Assembly: GCA_003427395.1 (NCBI GenBank)
Contig: BFEA01000011.1
Location: 414,626 to 472,028, forward strand
Source: Chara braunii
Lineage: Eukaryota; Plantae; Charophyceae
Length of the DNA stretch: 57,403 nt
Reading direction: 5' to 3'
Made by a program: the position numbers and the translations under genes. Below the pieces are notes generated by a model. It did not search any database. It saw only the letters and a program-made list of their open reading frames with translations, and was not told where the DNA came from. Of this stretch, positions 23,939 through 36,881 are shown piece by piece (the stretch's first letter is position 1; each line of letters opens with the position of its first letter).

Positions 23939-25780
23939 TTGCTACCCTTATCGAGGGTGCCTTTTGCTGCCTCGACAACAGCTCGCTGGGCACCTTTTGT
24001 GCTTTGGGCAAAATTTGATGATGTGCCCAGGGTCATCGTAGAAAATGCATTGAAACTCGTCTATCCTTTTTTGCTAATTGGTTTGCTCAATACCAAACGT
24101 TTCCTAGTGTCGGCCCTCAGGCCGACGAGGATGCTAACCACCCCCTCTGGGAGGTGATCGATCAGAACGAGGACGGTTAGACGGGGGATGTTGACCCCTG
24201 CCTCCCGCTTGGCGGTTTCCTCTACTGCCAACCCCTTGGCCGCCAGAGGCTTGGCCACCTCGGCCTTGACCTCTTCCACGTCCTTGCGACCTCCCTCCGG
24301 CTGTGACAACAACATAGGTACTCCCTTGACCTACACTACTGTAAGGGAACTTTTCCAGACCACCCTCTTCTAAAGGATAAGACTATCATTGGCCTTGACT
24401 TGGCTCGTGATGGTCTGACCCTTTCACTTTTTGCCCTTGGCAAGGTCTTTGTGCCAAAAAGTGGTTATTGGTGCGGACTGGGCCTCAAAGGCCACAACCT
24501 CGTGACTTAGCGTGTTGTGTGTCATATCAGGCTGTTGCTTTCTGGTGAAGAAGTGCCCGTGCAAAATTTCAGGCATGGCACGGTAGAACAATTGGACAAG
24601 TTGGGTCTCAGTGACCCCATTATCCAGGGACAATGACAAGCTCATCCATAGCAGTTTCGAGTGCTTGTGCACTCCTCCACTGTCGCGTGAGGATCGTTTT
24701 TGTCAGATGCCCTAATGCCCCTAGTGACGTCTGCAAAACGTTCGCGGAGACTCGGGTTAGTGATAGAGTATGTGACCGTGTCGTTGTCGCACTTAGCATC
24801 ACGTGCAAGCGACGTAGCAAAACTGGCTGGTTCTTCCTTCAGGGTGTGGAAGGCTACAAGAACATGATTCTCTGGCGTGATATCTTGTAGGTGTAAATAA
24901 GACTTGATATTGGCTTCCCAATTATGAAAGTCCTCTCCCTTCTTCCACCATAAGGTTCAGGGAAACTGACCTTCACTCGCTCACGATGTGGCCGTGCCTC
25001 CTCTTCCTTGGGAGCCACTATCTTTGTGCGTTTTATGGCACCTGTGTAGAACTTTTTTGTGCCTTCCATGGCGACACGCATTTCGCTTGCGACATGAAGC
25101 ATCATATCCCGTGCAAAATCCTTGAAGCCTACACGCATGGACTGTAGCGCGTTGTCATGGCCCCTAAGGTGACACAAGTGTTCTTGCTGGGCCCTCAACA
25201 TAGCATCCATACTTGGGGAGATGAGCTCTACATTTTTTGTTGAGGTCAACCTACACTCCCAATTGCCCTTGCTGCTCTTTAACAACCTTCAACTCTCTCT
25301 CCATCCTCTTTGTCGCCTTAAATCGCCTCGTTCTCTCCCCCGTGAGGTGCAACTTCCACTCCAACTTCTTTTCATCTTCCTTGGCCCCTCCTCCCTTTCC
25401 AATTCTTGTTCCACCGCTTCTTTTTCTGCCTGATGGACAAGCAACGTAGCTTCTTCATCCTCCTTCCGGGCTAGATTAGCCACCCGCGTCTTTGTCTTGG
25501 GCACTACTATATTCCCCTCTCTCTTCAGTTCTTGCCGTTCTCTGCGGGGGAACCTCTACCTTTTCTTCTTCTTCTTCTTCTCCTTCTTCTTCTATGGTTG
25601 CCACTGCTTCCTCTTTCTCCTTTTGCAGCCGTTTCAACCCTTCTTCTAACTCTCTCTTTCTTGGCCTTCTTTGCCAATAAGGCCACCTTCTTGGCCGCCT
25701 TCTCCAACTCTTTCTTCTCCTTCCTCACCTTCAACTCTGACAAGATTCTTGCACCTTCCTCCTCCTGCTCCCTCGTGTAA
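23939..25780 (-). pseudogene. gag region of element D, disrupted
   Basis: Charged coiled-coil fragments, KVSFPEPYGG and QLFYRAMPE, located upstream of the protease. Confidence 0.65.
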
Positions 25781-26939
25781 GGGGAGGTTCTTGTATCACC
25801 CCTTCGTTGTGACTCTGCAGGTAAGGGTGCGCCAAAATCCTAAAGGGAAAAAAAACTGGCAGAGGGTCCCCCACAAGGAGAACCCCACGAGCAAGGAATA
25901 CATCGGATAGTCATTCATGGTGTCAGGTGCGCAACCCCGTGGCAGTTCCACTCCTCACCACTTTCCAATAATTGGTTGATTGACTGACTCTCTAAGGACC
26001 ACAAAATCTTCTCCTTTGTTCCAGCCAAGTAATAGTCGACGAAAGCTTTCGCCGCCACTATCACCGAAACTTTCCAGGATCCGAGTGCTCCTTGCACATA
26101 GGATCAATCCCACCTGGCTTTCACCCTGGATCAGATCTTTGTCAACTAGGGTCACTAGCCTAGTCTACTCTAAGGCTGTCACTACAAGACACTACTGCTG
26201 ATCAGGAGGCACTTTAGGAGATCCCCCATAACTCATGAATTCTTTAGTGTCGCACGACGTGATCAGCAGAGTCCTTTCAACATATACACAGCTGGATGTG
26301 CAGCCTACAACTCGGAGTTTAGGCCTACCATGCCACACTGAGCAGCCCGCCGGTCTGTACCGGTCCTTGGGGGTCTTGTCCCCGGGACGTGTCAGTCGTT
26401 AGACGTGGCCTTTAGCCCTACTAAGTCTCGTGCAGGCTTGGCCACCATAGCTTTATGACCACATGCACAAAGTCCTATCACCTGGACAGAAGTGACTCAA
26501 TGTAGAAAGAAGAGAGATTGACGCGCAGCAAGTACCAAGGTTACGTGCACATCCACAGGGTAAGGGGTAGGCCAAGGCTTGAGAGATTATACCATACACC
26601 AGCTTGGTCAAAAGTCTTGGTCAACGCCTCCGATCAAAGGTCTTGTTCAATGTCGGTCACCGCTGGTTAACGTTGATCAACACCTTGGTCAAACTCACTT
26701 GGTGCCGGTCAACTTCGTTTCGGTCTTTGATCTCCTGGCTATGGCCGCCGACTCTTCTCCTTTGTCAACCTCCTCCTCCTTCCTTTTGTCTTCCTCCCCA
26801 CTTGACCTTGGCTATGGCTTCCTCTCTTTCTCCTTTGTCTCTCCCTCCGTTTGCCTTTCTCTCGTCTTTCCTTGTCACTTCTATCTTTGTCTTCTTCACT
26901 TTCGAGCTCGTCGGCTATTGCCGCCACTTCGCGCGTCCA

Positions 26940-26995
<56 letters not shown>

Positions 26996-27491
26996 TTGTC
27001 GGCGTCTTCTTCTCCGCGCTCAACAAACTTCTTCTTTGCGGTCTTCTTTCGCATGGGGGCCTCCTTCGTTGTGGCGGCCTTCTCCTTCAGCGCGGCGAGA
27101 ACAGCGGCAGCGATATGTAGGGGCGCATGGGCGCAAAGGCAACTTAGCGTGTGATCAGCAGCAGCGCACAGGCAAGGTGGCGGCACGTAGCGATGGTGGG
27201 CGCTCACGTGGGAAGGCAACGGCGCGTAGCGATGGTGGGCGCACTATCTCTATCGGGCACTAGCAATTGAACGGCGGTGTGTGTTGAGGGCAGTGGGCGT
27301 GTGCAAAGACGACGCGCACGCGTACATGGCGCAGTGTGCAACGACGTGCTCTTTTGATTGTGCGGGTAGAGGCGCCCAGCAAGCGGGCACACAAATGCTG
27401 ATGTGGCGCCTAGGCGCCTCCCTTTCTTTCTTCACAAGGTGGCGATGATGACAACGACGGCGGCGATCGCGGCAACTGTGGGACAGCGGGA

Positions 27492-27507
27492 ACCAGCTTC
27501 GATACCA
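27492..27507 (-). promoter_or_regulatory. Primer-binding site (tRNA-iMet-like)
   Basis: Minus strand TGGTATCGAAGCTGGT, 1 nt after the LTR CA end. Confidence 0.85.
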
Positions 27508-27508
27508 G

Positions 27509-28356
27509 TGCAATCAGACTTGTCTTCAACCCTGCTTCAACGTGCATGTAAATAGAATGACGATCAGAGTTGGCGCGAAGCGCACACAAAGGCTCAGAGA
27601 TAAAATGTGGCCAGGAACACAGCCCAGATTCAAACTTGTCTTTGATGGCTATGGTGCATGGTGCCAGACAAATATTCCCACCCGATCAATTGTATCCACC
27701 GGCAACTTATTCGCACATGCATACGCACACTTGGATCACCCTGGATGTCCCGCATACACAAGCACTCTACACACACACACTTCCTACCGTATTCTACGTG
27801 GCAGCTATGGCTGTCGTCTCTCTCCTGAGCTAGCTCGCAGCTATGGCCGAGTTTCTGTCCTCTTAGCCCTCTTCTTCTTCGGGCACCTGCAGACCTCCGT
27901 AGCACAAGACGCTCTGACAGCGCTTCCGCACGGCTCACAGGCAAAATGAATGAATGACTTGACACTGCCTCTTTATTTATACTTCGGAGCGTTGTTGGTC
28001 TGCCCTCCACAGTCGCGCATGGTATTTGTTGACTGGACAAAGTGTGACCGGGATTGAGTACCGCTGAGTAGGCTAGGTAGGACTGGGACTGCCCTTTGCT
28101 GACTGTGCTAGCCGCTGACTGACTATGACCTACGAAGAGTCAGTCCTGCAGCTTCTAGGAGGTTCTAGTATTGACCCTTCAGAACTGTAGCGGCTACGAC
28201 CTATGACCACTCTATGGGTCAAACCCTTGCAACCGTGCTATATACAACAGCCGAACATACGACTTTAAGAGAACAGGTCGCGGGTACAAACACACGGGTC
28301 AACAGGTACTGTACATGGGTAAGGTTGAGGTCTAGGGATCGAGCCCTGAGTTCTTC
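27509..28356 (-). repeat. 5' LTR of element D
   Basis: Homologous to 19126-20005 and adjacent to the PBS. Confidence 0.9.
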
Positions 28357-29379
28357 GTCTGTCACCGTTTCGGGTGAAAACCGTGTCACTTCAGAGAATA
28401 GAAGGACAGTCAAGTTCAAACCACACAGGTGAATGGGTGAGCGTGCTGCTGCTTTGTCCATGTTTGGGTGGACATTGGCCTTGGTCTGTGCACGTTTGTT
28501 TTGGCATCCTTTGAGAGAGGTGGGCTCTGTCTGTGCACGTTTTATGGAAAGGTCTGTAATTTATTATTTCATATGGTATATGAGCATCTCCAAAGGGTGA
28601 TTGATTTTGCCTATGGTGGAATTTCGCTTCAGTGGTGGTCTCTTTGCCCCCTCCTTCACCAGTCTCGATTACTGCACCATAGTGTACCTCCACAAATTGC
28701 CGAATCTCAATGTTAAACCACCAGTACTTCCTAAAGTCGTGCCCGTTAACGGTTATGCAATTTTGGGAAACGTACGGGTCACTACAGGAGCGCTCAAATT
28801 CATCCAACTTGAAACGTTTCTACCGTACTTGCAACCGCACGAGCCGCACCCGCACAGACCGGATCCGTGCGGAGATCCGTATGGGGGTTGCTCGATCTCC
28901 ACACATTCCGCACCCGCACAGACCGGATCTGTGTGGAGATCCGTACGGGGGGTGGCCGTGTGGAATTTATTTTATTTTATTTTTATTTTTTTATTTTTTT
29001 TGAAAGGGGGGTCTGAGGGGTCCGAGAGGTGTTACGTGTGCTGATATGATGGAGAACAACAAATAGTGAAATTTGAACTGAGTTTCAAGCTTCAACTTTG
29101 AAGTTTGGAGTTTGAACTCCGACTGCCAACTACGACATTGCAAGAATATCAAATTTCATGCAGCGGGTGGGGTTGTTCGGTCGGTACACACCTGTTCATG
29201 TTTGTAGATGCAGAAACACTGCATCTGAGTGCCACATCATGAAAACAGACAACTGCAGAGGGACACAGTGTCAGAAAGTCAAAGTTGTCGGACACATCAC
29301 AAAGAAACCACAAACAGCCTGGGACAAGACAACATCCGAAAGAGCTTCCCCATTGCAATGTTGCTAAGTCATTTATATC

Positions 29380-31680
29380 ACTTATAGTCAGCAAAACAGT
29401 GAACCTCCGAGTTCGCAGTGGGCCAGATACTAATTCTCAGCCTCTCCATCATCAGAAGATTCAGAACCTCCGCCCTGTCCCTCCGCAGCCCCTTCCTCCC
29501 CACTCTCTTCCTCTTGTTCGCCCCCCTCGTCCTCATCATCAGAAGATTCAGAACCTCTGTCCTGTTACCCGTCATCACCATCATCATCACCATCACCATC
29601 ATCATCACCATCACGATCATCATCACCATCGGCACCATCATCACCGTCATCATCATCAGAGGATGACGACGATGAAGCCGAACACGGAGGGGTGTTGTCA
29701 TCGTCAATGACTTTCCCCTTCTTTTTCTTCGCTGCTGCTGCTTTTTTCTTTGCAGCAGAACTCTTTTTCTTTGCAGATGCGGACGCCTTCTTCGCAGCGT
29801 TCTCTGCTGCTTTTCTTTCTGCCTTCTCCTTGTTGCTCGGTCGTCCTCTCCCCCGTTTCGGAGCAGGCGCAATGTCTACCTCCGCGGTACGCTTCCCTCC
29901 ACCGTCCCCCTCGCCAGGACGTGCTCGCCGACGCTGCCTCCTGCTTCCACCTTCTTCCTTGCCATCCACCCATGCCCCCGTCTCCCTGGCCCGCAGCGCA
30001 CGGTCCCGCTCCAGTAGTGGACTTCCGGTGCTGGCCGCTCTTGGCCTGACAGCCTCCTCAAGAGACGTTCTCGGTGCCTCCCCGACATTGTGTTGAAGTG
30101 CCAATGGTGTGTGTAATTGTCGAGCTGCCTGATGCCGTCCTGCTGGTCCATGTAGTCGTCCATGTCGTCATTGTGCAGCCACCTCCGTGCCATCGGGACT
30201 TCGTCATCATCATCCTCCCCCGCTCCCCCCCCATCTCCTTCCTCCAAGTCACTCCCCCCATCCTTCGCACGCCTCTTGACACGCCGCACCCACTCATTGT
30301 AACACGCCTCCGCCTCGTGCTTCCTCTCCTCATCAGGCATGTCCTCCAACCAAGGGATGTGAACATCAACCTCGCCCTGACCGTGTTCTTGCCTCCACTG
30401 CAGCTGGAGGTTCCAGTTGTTATAAACCAACTTCGACAGGCGGGTTGGCAAAATCCGCGTCCTCCTCCCGAAAATGAGCTCATGTAAGCTCCAGTTGCGT
30501 TCGCATGCAGCAAATGAGCTTGCCTGGCCGAGCAGTCTGATGGCTTGAGGCTGCAAAAGGTACAGTCGCGACCCAAATGCATCCCACCACATCGCAGGCG
30601 TCTTTATCCTTGCCGTGCGCATCGATTCCTCTGACTGGAAAGACCCCTTGAAGGGCACCCACTCGTCCACCTGCCAGCTGATATCATCGAATTGCTCAGG
30701 CTTGCACCACGTGTACAACCAGATGTTGAATCCAGCCCGGATCTCGGTGTCCTTGAAGTAGCCGTAAGCTCTATACTCTGGGTCCAAGAAGGCAGCTGCA
30801 CAATGCAGCTCTGATGTCATGAATGCCCAGCGATCCATAAGGATCACCTCCACCTCCCCCTTCTCATGGCTGTTAGCACGTCCAATTTACAGATGGACTC
30901 CACAACGGTGTCCATCCGATGGTAGACCTTAGGTAGCGTTCCACCGGGACCATCTACGAGCCTCAGAAGCTCCACGATTGAATCTGTTGTCAGCAACGCC
31001 TTGTCGACATCATCCCAAAATGTACCGTCCAACACTGTTGCTGTCGCCTCCTCGAACTGCGTGGCAAGGTCGGGCCGCACAAAGCCGGACACCCACCCCT
31101 TATCGCCCACTGCCAGCTTGAGGGCATTGCTCGCATCCGACAACGACTTCAGCATGATGATGTTTGTGGCAAATCGAGTCACACCCGGCCTCTTGATCTG
31201 TGCACCGCCGGATTTGCTGAGGAATAAAGCCCGCACCTTGTCGTGGTTCATGATAAACTTCCCCAATTGATTCCCCCTCTTCACCGTCGTTCTGAACCAC
31301 TCTAATGACTTGTTCATGTCCTCCAAGGCAAGGTCGAGGGCATGTGCTATACAACCAACCCGGAAGATCCACGGATACTTTTGTTGCACCGTCTTCCCAG
31401 CCTTCACACAAACTCTGGTGTTGTCCATGACCACACCCACCACGCTCTTTGGCCCATTCTCCTCAATCGCCCCCTCGACTATATGGAAGTACGCCTGCGC
31501 ATCCTTGTCCTTCCCTTCGACACACAGCGATTTCCAGAACACTGTGCCTATGGGGGAGGACACCATAACGTTGATGTGTGGTCTTCCCCGCCGGTCAGAC
31601 CACCCATCAACTTGTATCATGCACCCCGTGCGTGCCAAAGTTCGATAGATTGGATTGTTTTCGAAATTTCAATACCTAGG
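29380..31680 (-). pseudogene. hAT transposase (DUF659 plus hAT C-terminal dimerisation domain), frameshifted, N-terminus missing
   Basis: DGWSD, VMDN, CIAHALDL, TRFAT, LHCAAAFLDP, WWDAFG, ASSFAACERNWS. Frameshifts near 30850 and 30000. AT-hook KRGRGRP in the tail. Confidence 0.9.
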
Positions 31681-31781
31681 TGGGATAGTAGGAGGAGGAG
31701 GTGGACGGCAAGGTCGTGCTATAATCTTTTGTGTATCGATCCCAATCACCCCTCCGTTTCGTGAGCTTTTCTTTTTTTTCA

Positions 31782-31850
31782 ACCTTTTCTCGATTTGTGC
31801 ATGTCATCCTTGCGCAGAGGTCGTGCTAATCTTCTCTGTGTCGTCCTCAA
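31782..31850 (-). ncRNA. U6 snRNA-derived fragment (inverted copy, pseudogene-like)
   Basis: Minus strand gacgacACAGAGAagattAGCacgacctctgcgcaaggatgacatgcacaaatcgagaaaagg closely resembles the 3' two-thirds of plant U6. Confidence 0.85.
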
Positions 31851-31855
31851 TCTTT

Positions 31856-32960
31856 GGGAACGATACAGAGAAGATTAGCACGACCTCTGTGCAAGGATGA
31901 TACGCACAAATCGAGAAAAGGTATAAAAAAAAAGAAAACTCGACAAATTCGACACCTGTGGGAGAAGAGGAGGAGGAGGAGGAGGAGGACGATGACGAGA
32001 ACGGAGGACGAGGAGGAGAGATGGAGGACGAGGAAGGGGAGGAGTAGGACGAGCGGGAGGAGAGGAGGAGGAGGAGGAGGAGGAGGAGGAGGAGGGGAGG
32101 AGGACGACCTGGAGGAGGAGACGAAACGGAGGGATGGGAACGATACAGAGAAGATTAGCACGACCTCTACGCAAGGATGATACACACAAATCGAGAAAAG
32201 GTAAAAAAAAAAAAAAACTCGACATATTCGACACCTGTGGGAGAAGAGGAGGAGGAGGAGGAGGAGGAGGAGGACGACGACGACGAGAACAGAGGACGAG
32301 GAGGAGAGATGGAGGACGAGGAGGAGAGATGAAGGATGAGGAAGGGGAGGAGTAGGACGAGCGGGAGGAGAGGAGGAGGAGGAGGAGGAGGAGGGGAGGA
32401 GGACGACCTGGAGGAGGAGACGAAACGGAGGGATGGGAACGATACAGAGAGGATTAGCACGACCTCTGCGCAAGGATGATATGCACAAATTGAGAAAAGG
32501 TCAAAAAAAAAAGAACTCGACATATTCAACACCTGTGGGAGAAGCGGAGGAGGAGGAGGAGGAGGAGGAGGAGGAGGACGACGACGAGAACGGAGGACGA
32601 GGAGGAGAGATGGAGGATGAGGAAGGGGAGGAGTAGGACAAGCGGGAGGAGAGGAGGAGGAGGAGGAGGAGGAGGAGGGGGGGAGGAGGACGACCTGGAG
32701 GAGGAGATGGAACGGAGGAATGGGAACGATACAGAGAAGATTAGCACGACCTCTGCGCAAGGATGATACGCACAAATCGAGAGAAGGTCAAAAAAAAAAG
32801 AACCTCGACAAATTCGACACCTGTGGGAGAAGAGGAGGAGGAGGAGGAGCAGGAGGAGGAGGAGGACGACGAGAACGGAGGACGAGGAGGAGAGATGGAG
32901 GACGAGGAAGGGGAGGAGTAGGAAGAGCGGGAGGAGAGGAGGAGGAGGAGGAGGAGGCAG
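31856..32960 (+). repeat. Tandem array of four ~280-300-bp units, each a U6 3' fragment + A-tract + conserved linker + (GGA)n
   Basis: U6-like cores start at 31856, 32136, 32435 and 32722 (gggaacgatACAGAGAagattAGCacgacctctgcgcaaggatgatacgcacaaatcgagaaaaggt). Confidence 0.92.
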
Positions 32961-33438
32961 AGAGGATGATGAAGGGGAGGTCGAGGCCGGTGATATTCAC
33001 CGAGCGATGGCGGCAGCTCCTCCCTCACACGGCAGCACGGCAGCACGGCAGCAGGTGGCGGCACTTGAGAACGGTGGCAGCTCCTCCTTGAAATGGCAAC
33101 GGCACTCCTCGCAGGAATGGTCGTGACCGACCACACACCTACCCAAGAGGCCCAGCCAACTCCACACAGAGTAGAAAGAACTGGAAACAGGTTTCAAAAA
33201 TTCGAAACCTGGCGGTCCGGCCTTGAGCGCGGTCCGAAAATTTTTTTTTGGCCTTCGTAACAATTTTGGCGGGGGGCCTCCGATGTGCCGTTTCGACCCC
33301 TGCCTTTTTTTTTTTTTCAGGAGGGGGGGGGGGAAGGGTCGGGCCGTTCCCCGCACACCTCGTACACCGCGCGGGAATGGTCAGGCCCGGGCGCCGGACG
33401 TCGGGAAACTCATGCACGATGTGCGCTTGCAAGTATGG

Positions 33439-33523
33439 NNNNNNNNNNNNNNNNNNNNNNNNNNNNNNNNNNNNNNNNNNNNNNNNNNNNNNNNNNNNNN
33501 NNNNNNNNNNNNNNNNNNNNNNN
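33439..33523. other. Assembly gap
   Basis: N run. Confidence 1.
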
Positions 33524-33579
33524 TTTTTTTTTTTTTTTTTTTTTTTTTTTCCTCCCCTCGGCCTGGACATTTTTTGTGT

Positions 33580-33710
33580 CTGGTGTACCGATCCGGACGG
33601 TCTGGGTCCGGTCCTGTCCGGTTGTCCGGTGCCTGTCCGGATTAGCGGACGTCTGAACCAGTCCAGACAAATGTCCAGACATGTCCGGGTCCGGGTCCGT
33701 GGTTGCCATG
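33580..33710. mobile_element. Probable terminus of another TIR DNA transposon (hAT-like) with gtccgg subterminal repeats
   Basis: Many tccgg/ccgga motifs, ending ...ccgtggttgccatg. Confidence 0.5.
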
Positions 33711-33759
33711 GAGCAAACTATGTGAGCAGATGTATGCACAATGGGTATGTTGGTGATTG

Positions 33760-36266
33760 ACAGTTGAGCTTCAATTGGAATCCCCCTCCCCTGTATCCAA
33801 TGTGCCTGTCTGCATCATCGAGCAGTGGTGTCTAAGGTGTGCATTAACGGCACACCCCTGTGCCCGAGGAATATGCTTATGACCAGAACTGCCCTATCTT
33901 TATCCTTGCGTGCAACGAGCCTTACGTCTGACTGATCTGTCTGATCAAGAGGCAGTTTAAGGACAGCCCCCAAGGTCCTCAGGAATTATTTAACGTCGCA
34001 GACAGGACGACGATCACAGCCAGTGGACAGTTCAGAACCCCGCCAGGAATATTTATAGATGTTCTGGTAAGTGCCTGCATAGGACTGGTCAGTCCGCACA
34101 CCCCTTCTATCAGCGCAGCAAAGCGCCTCAAAGGACAAAGCAGCATGGCCTGCATGTACTTCTCCCATGGGTTGGCATGGTGACCGTGACCCGTGCTTCG
34201 ACCAGGGCCCTTCAGAGGCACTGCCCCTCTCCTGCCAGATGCGCCACTGGGAAGAATGTTGTCGCTCGAGGTAGAGCGCTCACGACTCACAAAAAGAGGA
34301 CACTCAAGGTTGGACTCACTTCCTCACGGTAAGAAGAAATTGAGAGTAAGGGAACAACGTACCTGGAGATGGTTGCCCCCAACCACAGATTTCTCACCAA
34401 TTGAGCCAATGTGCATTTCGATGACCGGTCGTAGCTTCGGTACCATCCACAACGCAGTGCAGTGCCACCTCAGCCAAAAGGCCATGTCAGCATGCTCTTA
34501 TCATCATGCATACATCCACTGTTGCCACAGCTCGGACGCTGTCGCCACAGCCTTCCTGCGACCCACCCCTCTACCCGGGTGTCGCGTTGCTAAACCAGCG
34601 CCAATGTATCCTTACTGTACATAAGTGAATGTATTCACACTGCAAAATTTCTCAGACCCTGCTCCAGGGTCCCCAATTATTGCGTCCCCAAACCCTACCG
34701 GTGTAGGTGTAGGTGTTGCAGGTCAGTGAGTACAGCACCTGTAGGAGCATGCCAGTCCCCAAAGTCCAAAATTTGCAGCAGCTAGCAACGGAAGTTGGGA
34801 ACTTTCCCAAAATAGCAACTTGGGAAGGCAGAGGCCAAAGGAGGCCAGTACCGATTGAAGCAGGCACACCCAGCCCACTTCAACTATATATTGTGGGCTA
34901 CAGTGCCGGAGGATAGTCAGTTGTCATTTCGCAAATTTGTGGAAGCTGTTGGAGCTTGTGCGGACTAACGACCTGGACGAAGAAGTGCGCTGAAGGGAGG
35001 AAGAAGACCAGCGCCCTGGCTGCGACAAACCACCATAGCCAGGAGAGGGGGAGATGAAGTGATTGGCGGCCATAGCCGCCCGTTGTTGTGAGGCACACCG
35101 CAGAGGCATTCAGGGTAGATCCAGGACATTGTAGAGGGAGGAACAGTAGCAGGGAGCATCGCGGGATGAACAGTGCAGAGATGTGAGTGGAGAGAGAGAG
35201 TAAGAGAGGGAGAGAAGAACCAGATCGGAGGGGGAGAAAGTTGGGTACTTACTGGAGTGTGTTGCAGCGGTTGAGACTGCCCAATCCCGAACTTTTGTAA
35301 TTGTATATTATTTGTACTTTGAGTGGAATTTCGAATTGGTACTGTTCATGGCCATAGCCCAAGCTTGTGAGTTCTTTATCTGAATGCTCCCAATTTGCAT
35401 GTGGTATTTTGAGTTGGATCTCACGGGGATCATTGCAGAAGCATCGTCAGCGCACCAAGTAAGAATGTCGCCGGCGGCAGATAGGCGATCTCGAACCACT
35501 CTGATACCAAATTGAAAGGTATATGAGCGAGAGCGATATACAGAAAACCAAATTGGAAAATCACGCAGATGTCCAGATAGCCATGTACAAGCAGAGAGTT
35601 CCATCCAAATGAGAGCAATACGATGAACTCGTGAGCCAATGTTCAAGCCCTCAGGCCACGCCAGCGCAGTATTCAAAGTTGCTCCTCTGTCACTTCCATA
35701 TCTATCCTATCTACGTTCTCGCGACAGGCTCACTTCGACTCTGAAGACCAATCTACATGTCGTCAACACAAATGCCGACCTCCCACATAAACCAGGTACG
35801 TACGTCTGCCTCTCCTCATCACCCCGTGACACCCACTCTTTGTGCCTCCTCCAGCCCACCCTGCCTCCCGCCCTTCACCTACCCTGCGCCCTGCAGCCCG
35901 GCTATGGCCGCTAGCGTCCCGTTGCCCTGCAGCGCCCTCACCTCGCAGCGCTCGTGAGCGCCCTGGCCTAAGCTCGGGCATGCAGCCACCCGTGTGCTAG
36001 TGCAGCAGCGTGTCCGCAATGCACGCATTGGCCAGAATGCCAATCCCTGGCTGCCCTCCTTCCTATATGGAAGTGGCAGCCTCTGCTGATTTGCGTGGGC
36101 CTGGACGTTGGGGCTTCCAGTAACTTCCGGTTGGGCCCCAGTGCCTGCGCCCAGGCTAACGTTACGGTTGTGGGCCTGGGCCCTTTTCAGCTGGGCGCAC
36201 TCAGAACATTCCAGGCTTCGGATGTTTGCTGCACTCGCATAGGACCAGGGGGAAGATACGGCGACA
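33760..36266 (-). mobile_element. Truncated Ty3/Gypsy copy (element C): 5' LTR ~35513-36266, PBS 35496-35509, and 5' leader
   Basis: PBS TGGTATCAGAGTGG. Leader 33830-34560 is homologous to 50855-51600. The LTR shares atggaagtgg(c)cagcc with the element A LTRs. Confidence 0.75.
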
Positions 36267-36881
36267 GTGCTGCTTTCTTGTTTACCCGCGACCAGTTCGT
36301 GATGTATCTGCCCCTGAATGTGTGTGCCCCGGGCTCAACCACCCGACCCAGGGTAAGCCTCAGGTCCTTTGGTCGTGATGGGGGTCAGATACATTCGGGA
36401 AAGTACTAATGTGAGCATGCTGTCAGTGAGTGTCGTCAGTGAGTGCCTTCCCTTAGAACGTGGAATACGCTCGGCCTTGCTGGCAGGGCACAGAAAGAAA
36501 AGAAAAAAAAAAGCAGAATGATTCCTTCTTTTTTTTTGGGAAACTTTTTGAAATGCCCCTGAAGTTTCGATTATTTTGTGGCATGCGCCTCTGATGACAA
36601 CTTACCCTGTCATGCCCCTCTGACAACGAATGATGTTTCCAGAAAACCCCTGGCGCTGTTTCGGCCTGAAGCATGTTTCATATGCTACTACCGGTACCTG
36701 TCCCAACTTTCCAGTATGCAGCCAACCTACCGGTTGGCCGTTGAGAATCAACAGAAAAGTTTCCCATATGTCCTTATCGATACTGTACATCTTTCCAGCA
36801 TGCCCCTGTCGCCGTTGTTGACACTCGCAGTCTTTCCCCTGGCCCCCGGAGAGGTGCTACCAGGGCATATCAGAAATTTCC

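Larger units (their letters stand above)
19126..28356 (-). mobile_element. Degenerate Ty3/Gypsy LTR retrotransposon (element D)
   Basis: LTRs at ~19126-20005 and 27509-28356 both start tgcaatcagacttgtc. Met-type PBS at 27492-27507. Fragments of gag, protease (LIDSGAT), RT (VYLDDIL), RNase H and integrase (SIDF..., IVSDRD, HPKTNCQTE) lie in PR-RT-RH-INT order. Confidence 0.92.
28823..33438 (-). mobile_element. hAT DNA transposon (DUF659 type), defective, carrying a U6-derived array
   Basis: Terminal inverted repeats ccgtacttgcaaccgcac (28823-28840) and gtgcgcttgcaagtatgg (33421-33438) match at 16/18. Subterminal repeats ccgcacccgcacagaccggatc occur twice. A transposase lies inside. The TSD cannot be checked because of the N gap. 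Confidence 0.8.

Noticed and set aside
29285-29710. Poly-His protein ORF
   Set aside because: It is the antisense reading of the (GAT)n acidic tail of the transposase.
31856-32960. Functional U6 snRNA gene cluster or CRISPR-like array
   Set aside because: The units lack the U6 5' stem-loop and oligo-T terminator. The spacers are homologous low-complexity sequence rather than unique, and there are no cas genes in this eukaryotic context.
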